A program made the translations under genes and the position numbers. This document shows positions 17,515 to 25,750 of a DNA stretch of 64,000 nucleotides, one piece after another. The stretch covers positions 185,348-249,347 of IMG/VR virus record IMGVR_UViG_3300046507_000667, one strand, 5' to 3'. Numbering within the stretch: the stretch's first letter is position 1; every line of letters begins with the position of its first letter. Under the pieces are notes generated by a model. That model was not told the origin of the DNA. It was given only the letters and a program-made list of their open reading frames with translations, and ran no database searches.

Positions 17515-18435
17515 ATGGCAAACGATTTAAAGGCAATTGTACCAATTACCACTAGTGGAAGAAAAAGAGCAGTAGTTATCCGCCGTGATGACCCAATGCT
17601 TCAGGGTCGGATTGGTGTATTAATTCCTGAACTAATGCCTTTTGCAGATCCAAATAGTGCAGATTCTCTTGAGGTAGCAGAGAATATTGATCCAAGTTTA
17701 GCAGCTAATAAAGACATCAAACCATTAATTCCATCTAAAGTAGTTACTACAAACTATGTCTGGGCTAGACCGCCTAAAGATAGTAAAGGCTCATATGATG
17801 TTCCATATAAAGGACAAACTGTGTGGGTAGAGATGGAAGATGGCGATCCATCTAAATTATACTATATGACTACTGGACCTTCACTAAATGGTGAAACTCC
17901 ACCAGTAGATCAAATTAGTGATACTAATTCAGCATACAATGCTGCTAGAAAGCCTAATATTACTATTCTCAAGTCATGGGCCGATGGTTCAATCATGTAC
18001 TATAATGAGAATGGTGATACTCGTGAATTTGTAGTTAAATTTGCAAATCAAGCAGGTATTACTGTAGCTGACAATGGATCAGACAAAAAAGTCGAGTTTA
18101 GAACAGCTAGGAATGACTTCTGTACTTTGAATGAAAAAGAGCAGAATATTACTATTCAGACTGCTGGTGGACACTCAGCTATTCTAGATGATAAGAACAA
18201 AGCTATCACTACAAAATCTAGTGGAGGTCACAGTGTCAAACTAGATGATGGCGGCTCTAATATTAGTATTGATTCTTCTGGTGGACATTCATTAACTATG
18301 GATGATGGTGGTGGAAATGTTACTATCAAAGAAAAGTCAGGCAATACTCTTATTATGAATGCTGGAGGAATCCAAATGACTGGTAATGGTGGTGCTAAGA
18401 TGACTATGAAGGATGGTAAAGTTTTATTTAACTAA
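17515..18435 (+). CDS. Baseplate central spike / gp5-VgrG-GpV-like protein
   Basis: OB-fold DDPMLQGRIGVLIP...VPYKGQTVWVEMEDGDP plus beta-helix repeats TAGGHSAILDD, SSGGHSVKLDD, SSGGHSLTMDD. Confidence 0.8.
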   Translation: MANDLKAIVPITTSGRKRAVVIRRDDPMLQGRIGVLIPELMPFADPNSADSLEVAENIDPSLAANKDIKPLIPSKVVTTNYVWARPPKDSKGSYDVPYKGQTVWVEMEDGDPSKLYYMTTGPSLNGETPPVDQISDTNSAYNAARKPNITILKSWADGSIMYYNENGDTREFVVKFANQAGITVADNGSDKKVEFRTARNDFCTLNEKEQNITIQTAGGHSAILDDKNKAITTKSSGGHSVKLDDGGSNISIDSSGGHSLTMDDGGGNVTIKEKSGNTLIMNAGGIQMTGNGGAKMTMKDGKVLFN

Positions 18436-18457
18436 AAAAAACAACGAAGTTCATAAA

Positions 18458-18487
18458 CCCCTATACCCCCGAAAGGAGGTATAGGGA
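18458..18487. terminator. CCCTATAC-family bidirectional terminator
   Basis: Between convergent ORFs ending at 18435 (+) and 18506 (-). Confidence 0.85.
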
Positions 18488-18505
18488 GTTTTACAAACTA
18501 ACTAC

Positions 18506-19378
18506 TTACTTTGCAAACTTGGATTGCAATGCAGTAAGTGATTCAGCCGATGGTGCTGTTACGGCCTTCTTTGTCGTCTTCTTTGCAACTGCCTTCTTAA
18601 CAGGAGCTTTTACTACAACTGCTTCAGCTTCTGCCGCAGCCTCAACTACATCACTGATTTCTTCAGCGATATTGAGTGCAGGTGCTTCAACCTTCTTAGC
18701 AGGAGCCTTCTTCTTTGCAGGAACCTTCTTAGCTACTGAAACAGCATCGGTAACAGTTTCTGCTTGGACTTCAGCTTCTTGAACTGTTTCTGCCTTTTCT
18801 TCAGCAAATACCTTTGCAACCTTCACAGGCTTTTCTGCTTGCTTATTATAAGGCTTCTTTGCATACGGTTGCTTTGCTGCAGGCTTCTTATTGAATTGAG
18901 TTGCCGGATCAAAATTCTTATTACCAGCAAAGTTCCAATTGCTTGGGAACCCTTCAAATTCAACGATGGTATCAGGAATATTACGAATATTCGATACCAG
19001 ATACTGACCAAGAACGCTTGCACCAAGAACATGTACTTCAACTTCTTCATTCGTAAGAGCAGCAAGTTCAGTAACAGTCTTGATAAGACCGAATACCAAG
19101 AAGTTATTGACGATTGTTTCAGGAGTGAAAGTACGTTCAATAACTTCAGTTGAACTTGTATTACCGTAGTTACGGCTACGTTCATTAATTACCTTCATAC
19201 CACCATCAAGCTGCTGCTTGAACATGTTACGCATGAAAATAGGAAGACGACGACCATCACCGTGAAATGGTGACAGAGTAATGGCATCTGCAGGAATACC
19301 AGCAACTTCAGCAGCGTAGTGAACGACGAGTTTCAGTTTTTGGTTGATAGCAGCATTAGTCATTTTAGATAAATCCAA
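18506..19378 (-). CDS. Hypothetical protein with histone H1-like Lys/Ala/Pro-rich C-terminal tail
   Basis: AKKVPAKKKAPAKK and APVKKAVAKKTTKKA repeats; own promoter motif. Confidence 0.7.
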   Translation of the reverse strand: MDLSKMTNAAINQKLKLVVHYAAEVAGIPADAITLSPFHGDGRRLPIFMRNMFKQQLDGGMKVINERSRNYGNTSSTEVIERTFTPETIVNNFLVFGLIKTVTELAALTNEEVEVHVLGASVLGQYLVSNIRNIPDTIVEFEGFPSNWNFAGNKNFDPATQFNKKPAAKQPYAKKPYNKQAEKPVKVAKVFAEEKAETVQEAEVQAETVTDAVSVAKKVPAKKKAPAKKVEAPALNIAEEISDVVEAAAEAEAVVVKAPVKKAVAKKTTKKAVTAPSAESLTALQSKFAK

Positions 19379-19483
19379 GTTAGTTTGTATTTGAATAGAA
19401 GGGGTACTACAAATAGGAGCTTTGAATACTATATTGGTATTGTGCTCACTAAAATAATATATACTTATTCAGTAAGTTAAATT

Positions 19484-19822
19484 TTACAAAACACCAGTAC
19501 GACGGAATTGCAATACCTTGTCAAGCATAATACAAAGCTTATTATCTTCAGTAAGCTGACGACGACGATCTGTATTTGGTACTACTTGTTTACCTTCATA
19601 GACTTGCAGCATGTTAATATCCTTATAACCCGGATATTGATCATACTGTTCTTGAGTGTAAATGAATGAAATTACATCATATTCGATTCCACCTTCAATA
19701 GTGAAACGAACTTCTTCATTGAATTCAATAAGAATAGGCTTCTTATGCTCAGTATTAATTGTATCATGGAGCTTTAAAAGACCAAGACTATCGGTTACTG
19801 CAATAAGTTCTGGAAGACGCAT
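19484..19822 (-). CDS. Hypothetical protein
   Basis: 112-aa ORF at the end of the cluster-2 operon; lacks the family motif. Confidence 0.7.
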   Translation of the reverse strand: MRLPELIAVTDSLGLLKLHDTINTEHKKPILIEFNEEVRFTIEGGIEYDVISFIYTQEQYDQYPGYKDINMLQVYEGKQVVPNTDRRRQLTEDNKLCIMLDKVLQFRRTGVL

Positions 19823-19824
19823 TT

Positions 19825-20244
19825 TTATCCTAGAAGTTTAAGTTTATTTGCAATTACTGGTGGAAGCTCAAGCATATGTATAGTCCAATATGCCGGATTG
19901 GTACAATTTTTCAAATTTCTAAAAATGAAATCCGCTGAAAGACTACCACTAAATTCAGCCCAACCATTATTACGAAAGAATAAATGAATCAGATTACCTT
20001 CATGAATTGCTTTGTATTTAGGGGCATATTCTTTCCATTCTTCTTCAATGTCTTCAAAAAATGGAATAAGCTGTGATTCTAAGATATGCTTTTTATAAAC
20101 ACGAGATAAAATATCGTTTACTGCCTCTTGATATGTAGCATAACCGCATTCTTTTCCATCTTCATTACAAACTGTTTCTTGACTTGTTAGTTTTCCTTGG
20201 TTATTAAGCTCATACTGTCTTACATAGTAAATTTCAGTATTCAT
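19825..20244 (-). CDS. LP...LKLLG family paralogue (cluster 2)
   Basis: GYATYQEA; ELPPVIANKLKLLG. Confidence 0.8.
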   Translation of the reverse strand: MNTEIYYVRQYELNNQGKLTSQETVCNEDGKECGYATYQEAVNDILSRVYKKHILESQLIPFFEDIEEEWKEYAPKYKAIHEGNLIHLFFRNNGWAEFSGSLSADFIFRNLKNCTNPAYWTIHMLELPPVIANKLKLLG

Positions 20245-20245
20245 C

Positions 20246-20593
20246 TTATAATCCTAGCAAACTAATGGTATTGACTAATTCTAAAGGAAGTTCAATTTCT
20301 TTGATATTGAAATAGAACTTATTTTCATCTGAACTGTAATCTTGATATTCATTTTCTTTATACTTGATTACAAAATTTCTTTCATCAGAAGAATTGAAAA
20401 GAGAAAACTTTTCTTCATCTAGTTCACTACCAATAGAAAGAGTCATTCTTACTTTGGGATAAAGTACTTCCCTAATAAATTTGACAGCATCTTCTAGTTT
20501 TAGAAAACTACGATAATGCCAAATATTATCTGCTTTAGTAAGATCATGTAGCTTACTAATTGGAGCATTCTCCATTATTGCAAAGATATTCAT
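20246..20593 (-). CDS. LP...LKLLG family paralogue (cluster 2)
   Basis: SFLKLEDA; ELPLELVNTISLLGL. Confidence 0.8.
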   Translation of the reverse strand: MNIFAIMENAPISKLHDLTKADNIWHYRSFLKLEDAVKFIREVLYPKVRMTLSIGSELDEEKFSLFNSSDERNFVIKYKENEYQDYSSDENKFYFNIKEIELPLELVNTISLLGL

Positions 20594-20961
20594 CCAAGTA
20601 CTTTGAGCTTATTAGCTACTGCTTGTGGAAGGTAAATTTCTTCTATATCGAACCAATATTTGACACAATCTGTAGTTATTCTTTTTACATCTAATGTCTT
20701 AAGATCTAAATTTGGATGGTATTCTATTGCAGCCGTATCTGAATTGACTCCATATACAGGCAAGAAATCTACATATCGCATCTTTCCTAAACTATCTTTA
20801 ACCATCCTGTCAATTGTAGCTGGAATCCATAATTCCTTAATAGCTGTCATTGCATCTTCAACAGTTTCAAAACTAATTAGATTAGTCGTTCCAGGAAGAG
20901 GTAAAATTGCAGACAGTTTTGAAAGAGTTCCATTACCTTTCACTACAAATACTTTTTCCAT
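20590..20961 (-). CDS. LP...LKLLG family paralogue (cluster 2)
   Basis: SFETVEDA; YLPQAVANKLKVLG. Confidence 0.8.
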   Translation of the reverse strand: MEKVFVVKGNGTLSKLSAILPLPGTTNLISFETVEDAMTAIKELWIPATIDRMVKDSLGKMRYVDFLPVYGVNSDTAAIEYHPNLDLKTLDVKRITTDCVKYWFDIEEIYLPQAVANKLKVLG

Positions 20962-21275
20962 TATGATAATACTTCTATAAAAGGAATTAATTCGGTAGGT
21001 GCTCTAAGTTTACTAATAATGTATGTCAATACAACTCTATTTTGTGAAGAACCATAGTGCTTATGTGATAGCATTATAAAACGATAGCAATTTGACCCTT
21101 CAGTGGTGTGCATCTCGTATTTTTCATTTACATGAGATTTTTTCCATTCTTCAAAACGCCATTCAATTTCTTTTATGCATTCTTCTACAGTCAATGCTGA
21201 AAAGCTATGATCAACATCCGGTTCTTTATAAGGAGGTCGAACTACTTCAAGAAAATAGATGTATTTCTTCGTCAT
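20961..21275 (-). CDS. LP...LKLLG family paralogue, divergent (cluster 2)
   Basis: SALTVEEC; RAPTELIPFIEVLS. Confidence 0.65.
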   Translation of the reverse strand: MTKKYIYFLEVVRPPYKEPDVDHSFSALTVEECIKEIEWRFEEWKKSHVNEKYEMHTTEGSNCYRFIMLSHKHYGSSQNRVVLTYIISKLRAPTELIPFIEVLS

Positions 21276-21634
21276 AGTACCTTAAGGATATTTGAAACTT
21301 CTTTTGGATAAGGCATCTTACCATAGCTATAAGAAAACATGCATGCTTCCTTATGATACATAGTAACATTAGTTGACATTAGCTCAGATACATGAATAAC
21401 TTGCTTATTGTTTACTAGATCATAACTATTGTAATTTTCATTTTTCTTTGAAAAATAATCCTTTTCATCATGCTGTACACCAATAACAGCATGCTTTTCA
21501 ATATCACCAAGAATTGTCTTTCGATGAAAATCTCTTACAAACTCATCTAGTTTTTCTTTGCTGGTGAAGGTTGCTGTAGCAATCTCTTCATAACCCATAC
21601 AAGCTTCAAAGTACCACAAAAATTCGCTATCCAT
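21272..21634 (-). CDS. LP...LKLLG family paralogue (cluster 2)
   Basis: TFTSKEKL; PYPKEVSNILKVL. Confidence 0.75.
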   Translation of the reverse strand: MDSEFLWYFEACMGYEEIATATFTSKEKLDEFVRDFHRKTILGDIEKHAVIGVQHDEKDYFSKKNENYNSYDLVNNKQVIHVSELMSTNVTMYHKEACMFSYSYGKMPYPKEVSNILKVL

Positions 21635-21975
21635 TACATACCTAAAAGAGTTAATTGATTAGCTATAATGTCTGGCATTGGAAGCTTGCCCATGATATAC
21701 CTTCCAATTTCAGTATCGGCATACATAACTGTAAATGTTGTATGTGCATTCCAGTCATTACAACTAATTGAATTAGTTTTAAATCTATAGTCGTTTAGAT
21801 CAGTATCTTTGTTAAATTTCCTTTTTATTTTACTTTGATGAGCAAGAATAATCTCTTTATATTTCTTCTGTCGAGCATCATCATACTCATCAATTGTAAG
21901 AAAAGTACGTTTATCTACCTTTGGATGATCAAAAGCTTCAGTATGAATGATATAATAGATTAATCTATCAGTCAT
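21634..21975 (-). CDS. LP...LKLLG family paralogue (cluster 2)
   Basis: TFLTIDEY; PMPDIIANQLTLLGM. Confidence 0.8.
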   Translation of the reverse strand: MTDRLIYYIIHTEAFDHPKVDKRTFLTIDEYDDARQKKYKEIILAHQSKIKRKFNKDTDLNDYRFKTNSISCNDWNAHTTFTVMYADTEIGRYIMGKLPMPDIIANQLTLLGM

Positions 21976-22333
21976 TACTCATTCCTAAAAGCTTAAGTTG
22001 ATTAGATATTTCTTCTGGAAGCTCAATATACCTGATATATATTCTATTGATAGTTTCAGTCTTAGTATCAACTGTAATTTGACCAGAATATGGATCTTTA
22101 CAACGAAAGATTCGATACGCAAACTCATCTCGACCTGCTTCAGTTTCTACATCATAGTCAGATCGAGATAGTTTGTGAGTGTTATATGGTTTTTTATTAT
22201 TACCTTCGATATCCTTAGCAATAATAAGCTCTGCAGCTTTCATAGCTGCTTGATTAGCTTCATCCATTGTGATAAAGCTTTTCTGAACTGACTCAGGACT
22301 GGCTTTGATTTGAATATTCCAAATTGATTTCAT
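21968..22333 (-). CDS. LP...LKLLG family paralogue (cluster 2)
   Basis: SFITMDEA; ELPEEISNQLKLLGM. Confidence 0.8.
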   Translation of the reverse strand: MKSIWNIQIKASPESVQKSFITMDEANQAAMKAAELIIAKDIEGNNKKPYNTHKLSRSDYDVETEAGRDEFAYRIFRCKDPYSGQITVDTKTETINRIYIRYIELPEEISNQLKLLGMSND

Positions 22334-23160
22334 ACACGATGACGGAAAGAGATTTTAGTATCAAAACCATGCTGAAGGATCTTTTGTTTATTATCTACTT
22401 CAGCAGGTGGCTCTTTATCGGGTGAAGTATTAATTACGTTCTGAAAGTAAGCAGTAATACACTTATACATTGAATCTGCATCAATGAACTTAGGAAGACC
22501 AAGTTCTGCAAGATTTGGAATGTATCGATAGATATCATACTGCATATCCAAACGACTTTCTTTAGAATCTTTGTAATTTTGAATCAAAAATACAGGCTGT
22601 TTAAGCTGACGACTGATTTCATCAAGCAATGGATGAGTCTTAAGACTTACCATATCAATACAAGTTTGCTCATAATCAATCAATCGACGGCGATTTTCAT
22701 AACGCTGCTTCTTATGATTATATACAGTATTATGATGCCATACTCGTTGATAAGTCTTTGGAGTGGTATCGGGAAGAATCAATTCACATTTGACCAATTC
22801 ACTATAGTTATCACGAACTTTGACTACAGGAAAGATATTACCACAGATAGAAATCCAACCATAGTAGCCGTCATGAATTTGATCACGATTGGAATAATAA
22901 TCATTATGGAAATGACTAAACCACATCTGTTCCATATTTCTTGCATTCTCAACGAATACAGGAACTACCGAATTCCATTCTCCTTCACGATACTTTTCAT
23001 ACATTTCCTTTTCTTTCTTAGTCTGAGGCCAACTACTCTTCGGTTTATTTCCACGTTGGATCAGATCAATCCGATTATACACAATATTAGTGTCTACACC
23101 GTATACATGAGCCAAGTAATCGTAATAGTCTTTGTTTGCTGAACTAGTATTGATTTTCAT
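22330..23160 (-). CDS. Conserved hypothetical phage protein
   Basis: DYYDY..YGVD..IVY.R N-terminus and DNKQKILQHGFDTKISFRHR C-terminus recalled from many phages; first gene of the cluster-2 operon. Confidence 0.75.
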   Translation of the reverse strand: MKINTSSANKDYYDYLAHVYGVDTNIVYNRIDLIQRGNKPKSSWPQTKKEKEMYEKYREGEWNSVVPVFVENARNMEQMWFSHFHNDYYSNRDQIHDGYYGWISICGNIFPVVKVRDNYSELVKCELILPDTTPKTYQRVWHHNTVYNHKKQRYENRRRLIDYEQTCIDMVSLKTHPLLDEISRQLKQPVFLIQNYKDSKESRLDMQYDIYRYIPNLAELGLPKFIDADSMYKCITAYFQNVINTSPDKEPPAEVDNKQKILQHGFDTKISFRHRV

Positions 23161-23338
23161 ATGGTTCTCTATAGTACAAAGGGGAATTTAAGGGGTTTAA
23201 ATAATTTAATATATTTATTTATATTTTAAACTATTTAAAATCTTTACATAAAAATAATATATTTACAAATTCTATATTAAATTATTTAAAATTTTAAACA
23301 GTTTAAACCTTTTAATAGAAGATTTAAGGAATTTTAAA

Positions 23339-24076
23339 ATGGTTAAAAAAATTAAAAAGGTTGTGGATGATACTTTAATCGACACATCCTTAGTTATCGA
23401 AGCACCTAAAAGACCTGAGCCGGACGAAGAGGAATTTGATCCTACAAAATCCATCAAAGTAGACATTGATAATCTGGAACCAGATGACGACAATATTGAG
23501 ATTTTAGGAAAAAATCAACAATATTCATTGACGATGTATCTTGACAAAAATGTCGATGCATCTACATATGTAAAGTTTATCAAAGCTTGTGAACGAGGAA
23601 TTCGTTCTAATGAAGATTATAAGCTTTATTTAGATTCTTTACGTGAATTGGATTTCTTTTGTCAAGATGCTTTCTTATCAAAGATTACATCAATGGATGC
23701 TGAAATTCAAATTCATCACCATCCTCTTACATTATATTCTATTACTTCAGCTATTGTCTCTAAGATGTTAGACTCTGGAGAAAAGGTATCATCATTTATT
23801 GTAGCTGATCGAGTTCTTAATCTACATTTTACCAATCAAGTTGGTCTGACTCCATTGACAGTTACCAATCATGAATTAGCCCACATGAACCAATTGAAGC
23901 TTCAACGTAGGCAGATCTTTGGTAATTGGGAGAAGTTCTTTGAGGAACATCGTGGTTATTTCAATGATTACGATAGAGAAGTAGTAAAGACTCTAGTAGA
24001 ACGTGTTAGGATTGAACGTTCAGATGATACTGTAAAGCAAATCGGTTATTCTAAGAAGGAGCAAGAAAATGGCTGA
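23339..24076 (+). CDS. HNH-like (His-Me) protein, paralogue 1
   Basis: GIRSNEDYKLYL...EIQIHHHPLTLY...VGLTPLTVTNHELAH. Confidence 0.6.
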   Translation: MVKKIKKVVDDTLIDTSLVIEAPKRPEPDEEEFDPTKSIKVDIDNLEPDDDNIEILGKNQQYSLTMYLDKNVDASTYVKFIKACERGIRSNEDYKLYLDSLRELDFFCQDAFLSKITSMDAEIQIHHHPLTLYSITSAIVSKMLDSGEKVSSFIVADRVLNLHFTNQVGLTPLTVTNHELAHMNQLKLQRRQIFGNWEKFFEEHRGYFNDYDREVVKTLVERVRIERSDDTVKQIGYSKKEQENG

Positions 24077-24779
24077 AGAAAGTAAAGCAGTACCATATAG
24101 TAAATTTCAGCCTGACTTTGACTACTATGGTAAACCAGCATTCTATGCAGAAATGCAGCTTCTTGACAATGAGAAGAATAAAGAAAAATTCGTTAAATCT
24201 ATTGAACGAGCTATCCGTACCTCTCCAGAATATAGAAACTACATTAAATATCTAAAGACTGAGGCATTACTTAACTACTGTGTACTTATGGGAGCAATGC
24301 CTGAAGAAGTTGCACAGAAACTTAAGATTGAAATGCACCACTGTCCAATTACACTTTATGATCTAGTAGATACAGTTCTTATTAAATATCTAGTATTGGA
24401 CAAGCCTTTCACACGTCTATCAATTGCTAATGAAGTAATGGATGCGCACTTCATGTCTAATATTGGTATCGTGCCAATGACTGTAACTGCACATCAGATG
24501 GCTCATAAAGGTGTAAAACTTATTAAACCTACTGATATCTTTGGTAATTTCCATCGATTTTTAGAACAATATGAAAACTTTGTACCAGAGGAAACTCGTA
24601 GTAAAGTTGCTGGACTCCTAGCTCTTAAGTCTGAATTTGTCGAAACTATTCGAGAGAATGTATTGACTGTAGATGAGAAGTTATTCATTGAAGATGATCT
24701 AAAGAATTATTATCGTCTAGAGTTTAATATGGAGCCTCAAGAAGTTTCTGAGGATGAAGAAAAAGAAAACGATGACTGA
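24069..24779 (+). CDS. HNH-like (His-Me) protein, paralogue 2
   Basis: AIRTSPEYRNYI...KIEMHHCPITLY...IGIVPMTVTAHQMAH. Confidence 0.6.
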   Translation: MAEESKAVPYSKFQPDFDYYGKPAFYAEMQLLDNEKNKEKFVKSIERAIRTSPEYRNYIKYLKTEALLNYCVLMGAMPEEVAQKLKIEMHHCPITLYDLVDTVLIKYLVLDKPFTRLSIANEVMDAHFMSNIGIVPMTVTAHQMAHKGVKLIKPTDIFGNFHRFLEQYENFVPEETRSKVAGLLALKSEFVETIRENVLTVDEKLFIEDDLKNYYRLEFNMEPQEVSEDEEKENDD

Positions 24780-24785
24780 TTATAC

Positions 24786-24815
24786 TCCCTATACCCTCGA
24801 AAGAAGGTATAGGGG
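24786..24815. terminator. CCCTATAC-family bidirectional terminator
   Basis: TCCCTATACCCTCGAAAGAAGGTATAGGG, identical to the 9682 copy; convergent genes. Confidence 0.85.
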
Positions 24816-24827
24816 ATTAATTGGCTA

Positions 24828-25190
24828 TCAGTTCGGATGTCTGATGAAAGATCGATCAAACTGCATATCAAGCCTATGTTTCATGCTTTTAAATTTCTCA
24901 TACTTAAGCAGATCCATATTAACTATCGTCATCTCAAATAATTGTGTAATTTCTTCGATGATGAAGTCAGCATCTAACTTTACAAAATCCTCTACCGGGA
25001 TTTTGACCTCTGGTTCTCTCTTTATTGTAAGTACACCTGTACCAAAGGTAGTATCATTATGAAACTGGACGTATATGGTCTGATTTTTATAAGCAGCTTC
25101 TATCAACCTGACTGCCTCATGTGCTGGACATATGAGACAGATAGTTTTCAGGTAGTCTGCTTTAGTACGTGTGTATTCGTACTCAACCAT
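24828..25190 (-). CDS. Hypothetical protein
   Basis: 120-aa ORF between a promoter motif and a bidirectional terminator. Confidence 0.7.
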   Translation of the reverse strand: MVEYEYTRTKADYLKTICLICPAHEAVRLIEAAYKNQTIYVQFHNDTTFGTGVLTIKREPEVKIPVEDFVKLDADFIIEEITQLFEMTIVNMDLLKYEKFKSMKHRLDMQFDRSFIRHPN

Positions 25191-25266
25191 GATAATCCTT
25201 TCCTTTATTAGATGAATTACTGGGTACTACAAATTTATAATATATTCATAAATACAATGCTAGTAC

Positions 25267-25278
25267 AACAGTTTAGTA
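25267..25278 (+). promoter_or_regulatory. Late-type promoter AACA-N6-TA
   Basis: AACA GTTTAG TA, 22 nt before ORF 25301. Confidence 0.55.
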
Positions 25279-25300
25279 TATTGAAAATATGAGGTAACTT

Positions 25301-25705
25301 ATGAACTGGAAGTTTTGGGAAAAGAAGAAAGTTGAAGAAACTGTAGACTACAGTCCATCACCGGGTACTCGCTTTGTCAATACTAATTTTGAAGAGCATA
25401 CCAAAGCATTATTTTTTCTAATTGGACATGAAGTAAAGCTAATTCATAGTCGAATCAATTTAGCTCATGATCCTAAAGTTATCTTTCGTGATAGGCAAGT
25501 AGTCACTTATGTAAGTGAAGCCTTTCAGAAAATTGATGCAGCTATTGCTGAACCACATCGCCGTCTTCTATTAATGTACTTTACTAAAGATTCACTGGAT
25601 AACCTAATCCAAGAAACTCTAGTAGCTCAATTAGTACAACGTGGTATTGATATCAATGCTGCAGTAATTGAAGGTGATAATAACGAAGAATCTAAGGATT
25701 TATAA
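25301..25705 (+). CDS. Hypothetical protein (late-type promoter upstream)
   Basis: 134 aa, GAGG Shine-Dalgarno, AACA-N6-TA at 25267. Confidence 0.75.
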   Translation: MNWKFWEKKKVEETVDYSPSPGTRFVNTNFEEHTKALFFLIGHEVKLIHSRINLAHDPKVIFRDRQVVTYVSEAFQKIDAAIAEPHRRLLLMYFTKDSLDNLIQETLVAQLVQRGIDINAAVIEGDNNEESKDL

Positions 25706-25716
25706 AAAAAAAATAA

Positions 25717-25749
25717 GCTCCCTTAAGATCATATAGACCTTAAGGGAGT
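25717..25749. terminator. Bidirectional hairpin terminator
   Basis: CTCCCTTAAG...CTTAAGGGAG flanked by A and T tracts between convergent genes. Confidence 0.75.
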
Positions 25750-25750
25750 T

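Noticed and set aside
13044-22333. Shared LPxxI tail as a eukaryotic F-box
   Set aside because: The resemblance covers only LP plus a helix; the genome is a bacteriophage (gyrB, ligA, groEL, split RNAP) and bacteria lack SCF ligases
22579-23142. 187-aa plus-strand ORF
   Set aside because: Antisense shadow of the conserved minus-strand gene 22330..23160, with atypical Ile-rich composition
24754-25062. 102-aa plus-strand ORF
   Set aside because: Runs through the bidirectional terminator and antisense to 24828..25190
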